Origin: an uncultured Gammaproteobacteria bacterium
GTDB lineage: Bacteria; Patescibacteriota; Microgenomatia; JAMCZE01
NCBI GenBank assembly: GCA_964576435.1
Contig: CAZNUP010000002.1
Location: forward strand, 183,182 to 247,181
Direction of reading: 5' to 3'
Length of the DNA: 64,000 bases
Below are positions 1-9,733 of this stretch, piece after piece. Each line of letters begins with the position of its first letter. Position 1 is the stretch's first letter. A model generated the notes under the pieces. It did not search any database, was not told the origin of the DNA, and was given only the letters and a program-made list of their open reading frames with translations. The translations under genes and the position numbers were made by a program.

Positions 1-567
1 GAAAAGTATATTGGCGGTGGGGGGAGAATTAAGGATTTGATGACTGAAATCATTTTAGAACTTAAGGTAAAAATACTGGAGAACCCTCAGTATACAGTTC
101 TTATAACAAAACTCATTGAAGCTAATGGTCTTATTAAAGATAGCCCGCTTCCCGAACTTCCCCTAGAACTTGTAATTGCTGAATGGTGTGGACAGAGTGA
201 AACACCTAAATCCAAACCAATGACTGTTTCAGTGTCTCCAGTAGAACCTGTTTCTGTGCCTGTTACTCCGGTTGAATCTAAAGCCGAAATAGTTAAACCA
301 ATTAGTGCGGCAATGCCTGGAGCAATTACAGATGAGAAGTGGCAAGAAATTATTACTGCCGTTAAACCCTACAATCACAACTTATCCGCGCTTCTTAGGT
401 CGAGTAGACCGGTTAGTTTGAAAGGTGACTATCTTACAATTGAAGCGTTTTATAAGTTCCATAAAGACAAGCTTTCTGAGGATAAGAACATAAAGATTCT
501 TGAAGAAGTAATTTCTGGTATACTTGGGGCGAATATAAAAATAAAATTTACTTTGAAGGAGGTGTGA
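1..567 (+). CDS. dnaX: DNA polymerase III subunit gamma/tau, C-terminal fragment (5' partial at the window edge)
   Basis: The reading frame is open from base 1 with no upstream stop. Conserved dnaX-ybaB-recR synteny lies immediately downstream. The C-terminal region shows only weak dnaX-like similarity. Confidence 0.5.
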   Translation, partial: EKYIGGGGRIKDLMTEIILELKVKILENPQYTVLITKLIEANGLIKDSPLPELPLELVIAEWCGQSETPKSKPMTVSVSPVEPVSVPVTPVESKAEIVKPISAAMPGAITDEKWQEIITAVKPYNHNLSALLRSSRPVSLKGDYLTIEAFYKFHKDKLSEDKNIKILEEVISGILGANIKIKFTLKEV

Positions 568-568
568 T

Positions 569-859
569 ATGGGTTTACTTGATGGAGTTAAACAGCTTGG
601 CGATCTTAATCAGATGAGAAAGACCGCTCAGCAAATTCAACAGCAACTTGCACAGGAAAAAATTGAAATTGTCAAAAACACAACTAAAGGAGATTTAAAG
701 GTTGTCCTAACTGGTGACCAAAAGGTTCTTGAAATATCTTTAGGTGGTGTCAGAGACTATGAGCTTGAAGCAGCAGTTGGTGAAGCACTTTATAAGTCAC
801 AGATGGTGGCGGCTTCCAAACTTCAAGCACTTTCTGGTGGCATGGGTGGAGGACAGTAA
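569..859 (+). CDS. ybaB: nucleoid-associated protein YbaB/EbfC
   Basis: The 96-aa product has the typical YbaB length and sequence (LGDLNQMRKTAQQIQQQLAQ...VKNTTKGDLKVVLTGDQKVLEISL). It sits between dnaX and recR. Confidence 0.88.
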   Translation: MGLLDGVKQLGDLNQMRKTAQQIQQQLAQEKIEIVKNTTKGDLKVVLTGDQKVLEISLGGVRDYELEAAVGEALYKSQMVAASKLQALSGGMGGGQ

Positions 860-861
860 GA

Positions 862-1449
862 ATGACCTTTCCAAAGCAGATTCAAAATTTGATTGAAGCT
901 TTTGAAAGGCTTCCCGGTGTTGGGCCTAAAACGGCTGAACGCTTAGCTTTTTATTTGCTTCATGTTCCTGACAGTGAGATTAAGAAATTTTCTGATTCCG
1001 TTTCTAATCTAAAAGAGGGAATTGTTCTTTGTGAGGAATGTAAGAATATATCTTCAGCTACAATTTGTGAAATTTGTTCTGACAACACACGAGATAAAGA
1101 TTCCATTTGTGTGGTTGAAGGGCCTTTAGATGTCTTTAGTTTAGAAAGATCTGGCACTTATCACGGGCTCTATCATGTTCTTCATGGGGTCATAAATCCA
1201 CTAAATAATATTGGACCGGATGAACTTTATATATCTGACCTTTTTAATAGGGAAACACTAGAGATAATTCTTGCTTTAAATCCTACAATGGAAGGAGAAG
1301 CCACGGCTCTTTATATTAAAGACAAGATGAAAGACAAAGGAATTAAAATTACTCGTCTTGGGGTTGGACTTCCCATTGGCGGAGACATGCAGTATGCTGA
1401 CTCCACAACTTTAACACGAGCTATGGAGGGCAGAAGATCATATGAGTGA
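862..1449 (+). CDS. recR: recombination protein RecR
   Basis: RLPGVGPKTAERLAFYLL helix-hairpin-helix motif, a C4 zinc finger (CEECKNISSATICEICSD) and a Toprim region. Confidence 0.93.
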   Translation: MTFPKQIQNLIEAFERLPGVGPKTAERLAFYLLHVPDSEIKKFSDSVSNLKEGIVLCEECKNISSATICEICSDNTRDKDSICVVEGPLDVFSLERSGTYHGLYHVLHGVINPLNNIGPDELYISDLFNRETLEIILALNPTMEGEATALYIKDKMKDKGIKITRLGVGLPIGGDMQYADSTTLTRAMEGRRSYE

Positions 1450-1909
1450 CCAAGGAAAATTAGGTGGCTTTACAGACGAAGTTGGAGAACTTTTTAAAGA
1501 TGCCGGCAAGGCAACAGTTCGAGAGGTTAAAGATATGGGGAAAATCGCTAAGGCACAGATTACTGGTAATTATAGTGATAGTTCTTCAAATAAACCACAG
1601 ACTGAGATTAAACCTGATGATAAGAAAGCAGGCAAAAAAGATCCAATTACTGGGAAAACTCCTCCAACCAAACAACAGCTTAATGATTTGAAACAGCAAA
1701 CGGCTCAACTCCAAATGGCACAACTTAAAAAGGTGCGGGCAGAGCTTGAAAAACAAAGACTTAAAGTTAGTGGACAACAACAAACTGGGTCGCCTCAAGT
1801 TGGGCCAGAAGTTAAAGAGGAGAACAAGAAACCCAAAGATGACGCTGTCCAAAAGACACTTAAGAGTTCAAAAAGCACAGGGGAGTTCAAAGGCTTGATT
1901 GGTGGGTGA
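1442..1909 (+). CDS. hypothetical Lys/Gln-rich low-complexity protein
   Basis: 155-aa ORF that overlaps the recR stop by 8 nt. It is K/Q-rich with a coiled-coil-like composition. Confidence 0.45.
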   Translation: MSDQGKLGGFTDEVGELFKDAGKATVREVKDMGKIAKAQITGNYSDSSSNKPQTEIKPDDKKAGKKDPITGKTPPTKQQLNDLKQQTAQLQMAQLKKVRAELEKQRLKVSGQQQTGSPQVGPEVKEENKKPKDDAVQKTLKSSKSTGEFKGLIGG

Positions 1910-2142
1910 TTTTTGGTATAGTTCAGAGTATGTTCAGTGGAATTAAAGAAAAATTACTACCTTGGTTTATTGGAGGGTCTATGGGTGCTTTATTGGGTGC
2001 TACAGGTGCAGTTGTTTTAGAAAATGCTCTTAACACACCCAATCACGATTTGTCTGTTTTTTCTGCAATGGTTTTTGGCTTAATCTTGGCAAATAAGGTT
2101 GAAAGGCGATATAATGCTAATAGAATAGCCATAACAGAATAA
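1906..2142 (+). CDS. hypothetical small membrane protein
   Basis: 78-aa ORF with a hydrophobic core (LPWFIGGSMGALLGATGAVVL). It overlaps the upstream stop by 4 nt. Confidence 0.4.
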   Translation: MIFGIVQSMFSGIKEKLLPWFIGGSMGALLGATGAVVLENALNTPNHDLSVFSAMVFGLILANKVERRYNANRIAITE

Positions 2143-2220
2143 GTATGAAGTTATTAAATTTTAGTTGTTGTTGCACTTTGCCAAGGTAAGATCGAGAAAT
2201 CGATTTACTTTGGCTTATTT

Positions 2221-2241
2221 CCCGCTTCGAGCGGGTTTTTT
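2221..2241 (+). terminator. rho-independent terminator (cccgct-tcga-agcggg followed by a T6 run)
   Basis: Perfect 6-bp GC-rich inverted repeat with a 4-nt loop and a following tttttt, seen directly downstream of the 1906..2142 ORF. Confidence 0.6.
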
Positions 2242-2242
2242 A

Positions 2243-2464
2243 ATGAAAAAAATTAAAGGATTCTATTTTCAAAACGCTAAATATCTTGTTACCGATGAAG
2301 AAGGTGATAGTCTATTTATGGTCATGAACTATAAAGATAATTCTTTTAAGCTTGAGACGATTTCTGGGGAAAATGTGGAACTTAAAAACGAGACTGAATC
2401 AGTTGCTTTGAAGCTTCTTGCTAAGAAACATGGTGTTAATTTTGTTTCTAGATTAGAGATATAA
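2243..2464 (+). CDS. hypothetical protein
   Basis: The ORF track gives 2165..2464. I trimmed the start to the internal ATG at 2243 (MKKIKGFYF) because the terminator hairpin occupies 2221..2241. Confidence 0.35.
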   Translation: MKKIKGFYFQNAKYLVTDEEGDSLFMVMNYKDNSFKLETISGENVELKNETESVALKLLAKKHGVNFVSRLEI

Positions 2465-3870
2465 TGAATAAAGAGATGAAAATCCACAATACAGCAACTC
2501 GCAAAGTTGAGGACCTTAAAACCATAAAAGCTGGAGAGGTTGGACTTTATACATGTGGTCCTACAGTTTATAGCACTCCCACAATTGGAAATTGGCGGAC
2601 ATTTGTATTTGAGGATGTCTTAAGAAGAGTCTTGGAATTTAATGGATACAAAGTTAACCATGTGATGAATGTCACTGATGTGGGGCATTTAACTGGGGAC
2701 AACTTGGGAGATGCTGATCTTGGGGAGGACCGAATGGAAAAGGCAGCTAAGAGGGAGAATAAGACAGCTTGGGATGTTGCCCAGTTTTATTTAGATGATT
2801 TTATCTCTTCAAGAGAAAAACTTAATATTTTGGCTCCAACTCATTTGCCAAGAGCTACTGATCACATTAAAGAGCAAATTGACCTTACCCAGAAACTTTT
2901 TGACAGGGGGCTTGCTTACACAACTTCTCAAGGAGTTTATTTTGATGTACAAAAATTCCCGGACTATGGCAAACTTGGAGGTCAAAAGATGATTGATAAA
3001 AGAATGGCTAGTCGGGATGAACTTATTGAAGATGGTGAAAAGAAAAATCCGTTTGATTTTGCTTTATGGAAATTTACTCCTAAAGGAGAAAACAGGCAGA
3101 TGGAGTGGGACAGTCCTTGGGGAAAAGGGTTTCCAGGATGGCATATTGAATGTTCTGCTATGAGTATGAGATATCTTGGAGAGACTTTTGATATTCACAC
3201 TGGAGGAGTAGATCACGTTGCTATCCACCATACAAATGAAATTGCACAGTCAGAAGGTGCTACGGGAAAAACATTTTCTAAATATTGGCTACATGGTGAA
3301 TTTTTGACAGTGGACGGGGGAAGAATGGGAAAGAGTCTTGGGAATGCCTATACACTTCAAGATATTGTGGCTCGCGGATTTGACCCACTTGCTCTTAGAT
3401 ATTTTTATTTCTCAGCAAATTATAGAACGGTATTAAATTTTACTTGGGAAGCTTTGGAAGCAGCGTCTAATGCACTTAAGAAACTTAGAACTAAAGTCAG
3501 TGCTTTAAATGAAGATCCTGGACAGGTTAACGAAAAGTATAAGAATGAATTTTTGGCAGCGATAAATAATGATTTAAATATGCCAGGAGCAATTGCTGTT
3601 CTTTGGAAACTTTTGGATGATTCAAATATTTCAGATAGTGAGAAATTAGCTACCGTTTTAGATTTCGATAAAGTCTTTGGACTAAAACTTAACGAAGAAC
3701 CAAATTTGGAAGTTGAAGTTCCAGTTGAGGTTTTGAGACTTGTTAGTGAAAGAGAGCGAGCACGTGAGGATAAGAATTTTAGTGAATCGGATAAATTAAG
3801 AGATGAAATTCTCAAAATGGGATATACTGTTAAGGATACACCCGAAGGCAGCAGGGTTTTCAAAAAGTGA
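2464..3870 (+). CDS. cysS: cysteine--tRNA ligase
   Basis: Class I aminoacyl-tRNA synthetase motifs are present: a HIGN-like region (GLYTCGPTVYSTPTIGNWRTF), the KMGKSLGN (KMSKS) motif, and Zn-binding Cys and His residues of CysRS. Confidence 0.93.
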   Translation: MNKEMKIHNTATRKVEDLKTIKAGEVGLYTCGPTVYSTPTIGNWRTFVFEDVLRRVLEFNGYKVNHVMNVTDVGHLTGDNLGDADLGEDRMEKAAKRENKTAWDVAQFYLDDFISSREKLNILAPTHLPRATDHIKEQIDLTQKLFDRGLAYTTSQGVYFDVQKFPDYGKLGGQKMIDKRMASRDELIEDGEKKNPFDFALWKFTPKGENRQMEWDSPWGKGFPGWHIECSAMSMRYLGETFDIHTGGVDHVAIHHTNEIAQSEGATGKTFSKYWLHGEFLTVDGGRMGKSLGNAYTLQDIVARGFDPLALRYFYFSANYRTVLNFTWEALEAASNALKKLRTKVSALNEDPGQVNEKYKNEFLAAINNDLNMPGAIAVLWKLLDDSNISDSEKLATVLDFDKVFGLKLNEEPNLEVEVPVEVLRLVSERERAREDKNFSESDKLRDEILKMGYTVKDTPEGSRVFKK

Positions 3871-4550
3871 TTCGAATTCTAGTCTTAATTGGATTTTTGC
3901 TTCTTGTTGGTAATTTGTTGGTTGTTAATTACTTCGTTTTTCAACACAACTCCAAGTTTGAGGACACTAATACGCGGATTTTGACTCTTGCAGACAGTGT
4001 TAAGGCGGCGAGAAACTCAATTACTCAAGATGTTTCTAGTGCATCTTCAAATGTGGTTTCTGATATTGAAGGGGATAACTGTGGAACAAAGTGTCAGGCA
4101 ATGATTAATGCTGCTGTTGATGCCAAAGTTAAGACAATTAAGTCCACAACCTCAACTAAAACTGTTGTAAAAGCTGCCCCAACTGGATCAACTCAGGAAT
4201 TTATTATTCCTATGGGAGGGGGAGTAGTTTCTCAAAATGGACAATGGGTAGATATTTATTCTGCCCAAACTCAAATTAATACAGCAAATTATCCACCAAT
4301 TGTGGCTGCTTACTTTGAAGTCGTTATGGGAATACCAAATGCACAAGGGACTATGCAAGCTCAACTTTATGATACGTCAACTCCGTATTTGTTTTCGGGT
4401 CAGGTACTTTCAACTCAATCTGGTCCAGGACAGTTTTTGTCGGTTCAGTTTCCAATTCAACCTGGGAATAAGTCGTACCATGTGCAGCTCCAAAATTCCA
4501 TAGGGACGGGAATTTTAGATTCTTCAAGGATTAGACTTGTGACGCAGTAA
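3867..4550 (+). CDS. hypothetical membrane-anchored exported protein
   Basis: N-terminal transmembrane helix (ILVLIGFLLLVGNLLVV) followed by a Ser/Thr/Gln-rich exported domain. Confidence 0.45.
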   Translation: MIRILVLIGFLLLVGNLLVVNYFVFQHNSKFEDTNTRILTLADSVKAARNSITQDVSSASSNVVSDIEGDNCGTKCQAMINAAVDAKVKTIKSTTSTKTVVKAAPTGSTQEFIIPMGGGVVSQNGQWVDIYSAQTQINTANYPPIVAAYFEVVMGIPNAQGTMQAQLYDTSTPYLFSGQVLSTQSGPGQFLSVQFPIQPGNKSYHVQLQNSIGTGILDSSRIRLVTQ

Positions 4551-5564
4551 ATATCCCTTTCCCTTAATATTTATTAGTTCAAAGCGATCTTTTATTTTAG
4601 GTTTAAGTCTGGATATTTGCTTGTAAATTGACCAGTAAGAACTATTCAAATTATTCATTTCTAGTAAATCTTCTATTTTTTCTATTGCAATTACTTTGCC
4701 ATCTGACTCATAGAGATATGTTGTAAGTTTTTGTTCTAATTCTGAAAACTGAGGATATATTTGTTTTATTGCATCACTTTTGTATGTTTGAAAATATTCC
4801 TTCAAAAGAAGAGATTTTATGTTCATATTTTCGTCAATTAACTTAAGCTCTATTAATTTGTCTGTGTCAACGGAGATAAGTAGTTTAGCTAAATAATTTA
4901 ATTGAAAAAAAATAGTTGGATTAGTCAAAAACTTTTTGGTATTCTTCAAGTCTGCTGTTCTTTCGGCTAAATCTTTGCAGATATGTTTAATAAGCCGAGG
5001 AATTCCACCTGATAAACCGTAAATACGAGGAATGTCTACATCTTGGGTACCGTACCCGTAGAAGCTATTGTTTATTCCTATCATTTTAGTTGTTTCTTCG
5101 AAGTTAAATGGAGCAATATATTGTCTTGACGGGAAGAATGGACTGCTTTTACCGAAATATTCGTCTGGCTTTGTAATTCCTGTGTGGTCTGTGATTATCA
5201 AAAATAAAATTTTCTTTTGTTTTGGTTGTCGAAGACTGCTAAGTTTTTCCAGAAGGATATTCTTGTTGTCTAGTAAATTGAATAGTCGGACAATGAATAA
5301 TACTTTAACATCTTTATTCTGGGGGATACGGTTACTTACGAAATTTACGAGTGATTCGCTGTTTACTTCTGGATCATAATATTGGATTTCTTCAAAAATT
5401 TTACTTTTCTCACAATTTAATAAAAACAAATTAAGAAAAGTTTTTCCTCCACAACCAATCATTGCACTAATAAGCACGTTCTCTCCCTGAGATAGATTTT
5501 TGAGTGCTTTTTGACAGGCACTATTCATATAGTCTTCTGGAAATGCATTGTAAATATTTTTCAT
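4524..5564 (-). CDS. predicted AAA+/P-loop ATPase (Arch_ATPase/ATPase_2-like)
   Basis: A P-loop-like ISAMIGCGGKTF segment near the N-terminus and a downstream YGLSGGIPRLI motif resemble the GGxP motif of the ATPase_2 family. The Walker A is non-canonical. Confidence 0.45.
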   Translation of the reverse strand: MKNIYNAFPEDYMNSACQKALKNLSQGENVLISAMIGCGGKTFLNLFLLNCEKSKIFEEIQYYDPEVNSESLVNFVSNRIPQNKDVKVLFIVRLFNLLDNKNILLEKLSSLRQPKQKKILFLIITDHTGITKPDEYFGKSSPFFPSRQYIAPFNFEETTKMIGINNSFYGYGTQDVDIPRIYGLSGGIPRLIKHICKDLAERTADLKNTKKFLTNPTIFFQLNYLAKLLISVDTDKLIELKLIDENMNIKSLLLKEYFQTYKSDAIKQIYPQFSELEQKLTTYLYESDGKVIAIEKIEDLLEMNNLNSSYWSIYKQISRLKPKIKDRFELINIKGKGYLLRHKSNP

Positions 5565-5644
5565 GTCAAAAATATGTCAAAGATAATACTGATTGCTGTC
5601 ATGAATTGGCCGTATAAGTCGATTATAAGTCTTTTACAATTATT

Positions 5645-6352
5645 ATGTTTATTGTCAAAGAGTTTAACAAAGAAGGATCTAATATTTCGCCTAAATACTT
5701 GGGAATAGAAGGTATGGGCGGTGCTGGAAAAGATACTGCCGCGCCCTTTGTTAAGAAAATTTGGGAAACTAATACTAGACGGATTGTGGTTTTAACTCGA
5801 GAACCAGGTGGAACCCCATTTGCGGAGGATATGAGAATAAACATATTTAATGCTAAGAATGACAAACGAGTTTCTCCTATGGGTTTAATCAAGATGTTTT
5901 ATGAGGCTAGAGAGTCGACTATTAATGAAGTGGTTAGACCTAATTTAAAGAGAGGAAGACATGTTTTGTCAGTGCGACACTATGCTTCTACGTTTGCTTG
6001 GGAAGGTGCAGGAGAAGGTGTTTCAGAAAAGCAAATACTTACTGAGCACAAGCGCGTATTGGGGAAGTTTGGGGCGGATTTGACTTACTATCTAAAAGTT
6101 TCAAGTCCATTAATTGGTTTAAATAGAAAGGGGGGTAATCACGCTGGAGATGCTTTTGATGATGAAAAGATTGAATATTTATTTAGGGTTCAAGATGCAT
6201 ATGATAGGATGGCAGCAACGTATCAATATGGATCAAGTCGTAGAGACAAAATATTTGGCAATTGGATTACTATTGATGCAGATGTTTCAGTTGATTTGGT
6301 TATGGACCAGATTAATGCACGAACTCAGGAATATTTAAAGGACTTAAGGTAG
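5645..6352 (+). CDS. tmk: thymidylate kinase-like protein
   Basis: The LGIEGMGGAGKDT P-loop together with the TREPGGTP motif is characteristic of dTMP kinase. The Walker A reads GKD rather than the usual GK[ST]. Confidence 0.75.
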   Translation: MFIVKEFNKEGSNISPKYLGIEGMGGAGKDTAAPFVKKIWETNTRRIVVLTREPGGTPFAEDMRINIFNAKNDKRVSPMGLIKMFYEARESTINEVVRPNLKRGRHVLSVRHYASTFAWEGAGEGVSEKQILTEHKRVLGKFGADLTYYLKVSSPLIGLNRKGGNHAGDAFDDEKIEYLFRVQDAYDRMAATYQYGSSRRDKIFGNWITIDADVSVDLVMDQINARTQEYLKDLR

Positions 6353-7144
6353 GAAACGTACTCGTGGCATATTGAAGTTAATATTTGTGGCGTTTCCTTG
6401 ATGTGTTGTCAATCCTCCTAAAAATCCGGCACGACTTGCTTCTTGCTGAACAAATTCATTACTAAGCCCTGAGGGGTAGGCAATAAAATTGATTGGGATC
6501 CCAAGATTCTCTTCCAATCTTAGTTTGCTTGTTAAAAGTTCATTAAACACTTTGTCTTTAGGAATTTGAGTAAGAATTGGGTGATTTACAGTGTGTGCCT
6601 GAAAAGAAATTAAACCTGACTTTTGCATGTCTTTAATCATGTTCCAGGTTAAATAGCCGGATTTTCCTACAAAGCCTGTGATTATAAACTGTGTTGCTTT
6701 TAAGTTATATTTCCTTAAAAGGGGATAGGCGTTAATGTAGAAATCGACATAGCCATCATCGAAAGTTAGGACAATGGGTTTTTGGGGCGGTTTTGCATTT
6801 TGTTTATAGATTCTATAGAGTTCGTCTAAATCAATAGGTGTCATCCCTTCGGTTTTAATTTTAATTAGCTCTTGTTCTAGTTGGTCTGGAGTTATGGATA
6901 AAGCATCTCTTAGTTTATCTTGGCCAGGATTTGGATTGAAACCTACATAGTGGTACATAACAATTGGGACGGAGATATTTGCACTTGGGGAAGAATTTAT
7001 AGTTTCTTTTTGCTCAACTGATTTTGAAACAATTTGTTTTTGAGTATCTGCTTTAATTTGTTTTTTGTGGGTGGAGGATAGAAAGCTAATAGGTGCCAGA
7101 ACAATTAAGCCAACTCCTACACCAATGAGAATTTCTTTTAACAT
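6344..7144 (-). CDS. polysaccharide deacetylase (NodB homology domain) with N-terminal TM anchor
   Basis: VPIVMYHYV, LTFDDGY and HTVNHP motifs match the NodB/CE4 family. An N-terminal hydrophobic segment is present. Confidence 0.8.
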   Translation of the reverse strand: MLKEILIGVGVGLIVLAPISFLSSTHKKQIKADTQKQIVSKSVEQKETINSSPSANISVPIVMYHYVGFNPNPGQDKLRDALSITPDQLEQELIKIKTEGMTPIDLDELYRIYKQNAKPPQKPIVLTFDDGYVDFYINAYPLLRKYNLKATQFIITGFVGKSGYLTWNMIKDMQKSGLISFQAHTVNHPILTQIPKDKVFNELLTSKLRLEENLGIPINFIAYPSGLSNEFVQQEASRAGFLGGLTTHQGNATNINFNMPRVRFLP

Positions 7145-7183
7145 GGGGCTATTTTACTACTTTAGCTTAAGAAACTAAGCTAT

Positions 7184-7603
7184 TTATTTTTTTTGACTAG
7201 TATTTCTTGAGATTACTGCTGATGCCTCAGGTGTTATGGAAAAATCCAGATTAGTGGGCCGCCTTTCAAGTGTAATCCTTGGATAGCCATTTTCTGCAAG
7301 CTTTAGTCCGAGAATATAGATTCTGACTGCCCGTCTTTGCATAGCTTCTCGTTCGATGTTTTGTTCTCCTTTATTGGTTATGGCCATTAATGAAGCCTTA
7401 ATTGTTTGAGATATCATAGCTGCCTTTTCCGGGTCCAATAAACCTTTTAGAAGCTCATGGGGTTCTTGATTTTGTATTGTTGGATCAAGCCATAATTTAT
7501 TCAAAGTCTGTCTTTGATTTGTGTCTCCACAATTCAGAAGATCTTTAAGTGTAATCCTATCTAGTTCTTTTTGTGTTTTCTCGAGAGTATGTGATATTTC
7601 CAT
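7184..7603 (-). CDS. hypothetical protein
   Basis: 139-aa ORF with no recognisable motifs. Confidence 0.35.
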   Translation of the reverse strand: MEISHTLEKTQKELDRITLKDLLNCGDTNQRQTLNKLWLDPTIQNQEPHELLKGLLDPEKAAMISQTIKASLMAITNKGEQNIEREAMQRRAVRIYILGLKLAENGYPRITLERRPTNLDFSITPEASAVISRNTSQKK

Positions 7604-7612
7604 TTTTTAGGG

Positions 7613-8770
7613 CTAGCGACGGACGAATAAAAGAGCGTTTGGGATGTTTCTTCCAGGTCCTGCTTTATAACCCCCAAACCAAAGCGCAGTGGAACCTCCT
7701 GAATCGAGGTTCATAGCATTGTCCATGCCCATAGCTTTTAGGACTAGAGCATTTTCAGCAACAGTTACGTTGTGCGCAACTCCGATATAGGCGGTATTTC
7801 CTTTACTTGCCACAAAACTCCTAGTCCCTTTACTACCTTGTTTGGGATCGCTATTTCCACCAAATACTGAATTGCCCCCAGAAACTAAAAGAGGGAAGTT
7901 TGAAATGACAGCATCGACTCCGGTATCCCGGCCCCAGTCTTGAGCACCGCCCACAAATCTTACGAAGTTGTTTCCAAAAATGGCTGCGGGGTTAGTTGAG
8001 TAGACATTGTTGTCAGAATTTAGGTATTTTTTGTTTTTGTTCATAACTAGAAGATCGAAGGAATTGGTTTTTCCAGCGCATGATGGATAATCAGCTGGAC
8101 AGAAATAGGTGCCATTGACGCCGGCATAGGCCCCATTTCTTGCCACATAGTCACCAAGTGAAAGTACTGGGCAATTGTCTTTGCAATCACCATCACTGGC
8201 TGTGTCTACAACCACTTTAGTCGATCCCAGATCTCCAGCAATTATGTCTACAACAAAATCACCGGCATCGGTGTGTACAGTTTGTCTACTGTATCCGGAC
8301 CCTGGTGCGGAATTATTAGCCGGGGCATTTGGGGGAACGGGGACTGAAGCAGCTATAATTTTTGCAGTTTCAGCCTTAATTTGAGAGCTTAAGCTTGTTA
8401 GATTAGCAGTAGCTGAGGCAAAATTGCGATCGGAAAGTTGTTTAATTGCTAATGCAAGAAGAGTGTCAAATTTTTTGTCTAGTTTTGGTTGTTGAACCTT
8501 AAGATCTTGGAGTAATTCATAAGTTTGGACTGATTGGTTATAGGTGGTTTCAATGTTTTTAATTTCTTCTTCAAGTAAATCATTTCTTTTAATTTGGTCG
8601 GTATTTTTGAGTTTTTTAAGTTCTGCACTAACGGAAGCAAGTTGTAGGTCAATTTTAGTTTTTTCTTGGGAGACTTCTTTTAATTTTTTAATTTGGATGT
8701 TTTGATAAGCAACGACAGTAGTGAAGATTATTCCAAGGATAATAACTAATATTACTGTGTGCTTGGCCAT
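7613..8770 (-). CDS. membrane-anchored phosphodiester glycosidase (DUF2233/NAGPA-like) family protein
   Basis: TM helix (HTVILVIILGIIFTTVVA), a coiled-coil region, and a C-terminal domain with GVNGTYF...LDSGGSTALW motifs typical of DUF2233. I moved the start to the internal ATG at 8770 (MAKHTV) to avoid a 117-nt divergent overlap. Confidence 0.55.
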   Translation of the reverse strand: MAKHTVILVIILGIIFTTVVAYQNIQIKKLKEVSQEKTKIDLQLASVSAELKKLKNTDQIKRNDLLEEEIKNIETTYNQSVQTYELLQDLKVQQPKLDKKFDTLLALAIKQLSDRNFASATANLTSLSSQIKAETAKIIAASVPVPPNAPANNSAPGSGYSRQTVHTDAGDFVVDIIAGDLGSTKVVVDTASDGDCKDNCPVLSLGDYVARNGAYAGVNGTYFCPADYPSCAGKTNSFDLLVMNKNKKYLNSDNNVYSTNPAAIFGNNFVRFVGGAQDWGRDTGVDAVISNFPLLVSGGNSVFGGNSDPKQGSKGTRSFVASKGNTAYIGVAHNVTVAENALVLKAMGMDNAMNLDSGGSTALWFGGYKAGPGRNIPNALLFVRR

Positions 8771-8872
8771 GTATTTAGTGTAGGGTAGATTGATTTCTGA
8801 TTCAACAGTGAACGGAAATAGATTCGCGTGTTCGTAAATGTTTGGTTTCAAATTGTCCGATAGTATATAATT

Positions 8873-9709
8873 GTGGTCATGATAATAAATGGTGTGGAAA
8901 TTGGTCACTCGGATGATGTCGTGGGAGGAAGCGATCCGGTATTGGCAAAAAAGTTTTTTCCTTTTTTGGGAGATTCTTTTATTGAACATATAGCCGTAGG
9001 GGGAATTAATAACGTCTTAGAATATTTTAATAGAGCACACGATTTGGGATTTGAAGTTGGAGTACATGGACGACTGGGTGGTTTAGGGTTTACATCCGTT
9101 CCTGAGTTAGCGGTTACAGCTGCTGCCCAGTTGACGATTGCAAAAACTTCTGAACTTATTGAGCAACTTACTGATGCTAAATATATATTGGTGCATGATC
9201 CAGAATCTCGCAAGAAAGGTACTCTCCAATCTGTTTCAACTGATACTATTCGGCGAAAATTTACAGTTGAAAATCATGGCGGAATTGCCCCGGCTATAGA
9301 ATCCGCTAATAATTTACGAACTGGTGTGACTTTTGATTGGGTTCATCAGTTTGAAGATTTAGGTGGTATGGGGAGGTTTCCAGATAGTTGGACGGAAACT
9401 GTTGATTCTTTCGAAGAACTAAGTAAAGCAGAACCTGTGTTTCTCAATGAGCATGTCCCTATTGGCTTTAATAAAGATTCCTTGCCTGAGGAAGTTATAT
9501 TTAATGACGATTGTATGTCATATGTCCGTCAAATGCGTCAGAGACTTGCTGGGTATGGTCTTCGTTCCAAAAGTATCGTTTTGGAGTGTCAGTATGGTTT
9601 AGGATTTACTTACTTGGTTAACAGACCGTTTGCAGGTGCTTTTTCTGGTGATAGGATTAAAGCGGTTGAGATTAAATTTGACCGATTGGTTAGCACCGGT
9701 TTTATTTAA
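8873..9709 (+). CDS. hypothetical protein
   Basis: 278-aa ORF divergent from the upstream gene. No motif was recognised and the start is uncertain. Confidence 0.4.
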   Translation: MVMIINGVEIGHSDDVVGGSDPVLAKKFFPFLGDSFIEHIAVGGINNVLEYFNRAHDLGFEVGVHGRLGGLGFTSVPELAVTAAAQLTIAKTSELIEQLTDAKYILVHDPESRKKGTLQSVSTDTIRRKFTVENHGGIAPAIESANNLRTGVTFDWVHQFEDLGGMGRFPDSWTETVDSFEELSKAEPVFLNEHVPIGFNKDSLPEEVIFNDDCMSYVRQMRQRLAGYGLRSKSIVLECQYGLGFTYLVNRPFAGAFSGDRIKAVEIKFDRLVSTGFI

Positions 9710-9733
9710 TTGGATATTTAACTTTAAAATTTT

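Noticed and set aside
960-1157. Antisense and overlapping short ORFs from the six-frame track (for example 960..1157-, 1464..1691+, 1586..1852-, 2795..2992+, 3420..3863-, 8175..8384+, 10244..10492-, 17872..18138-, 26408..26643+)
   Set aside because: Each lies entirely inside a longer, well-supported gene on the same or opposite strand and has low-complexity composition typical of shadow ORFs.
2464-3870. UGA recoding (genetic code 25) as seen in some small-genome lineages
   Set aside because: cysS and several other genes terminate cleanly at TGA with the expected protein length, so the standard code applies.
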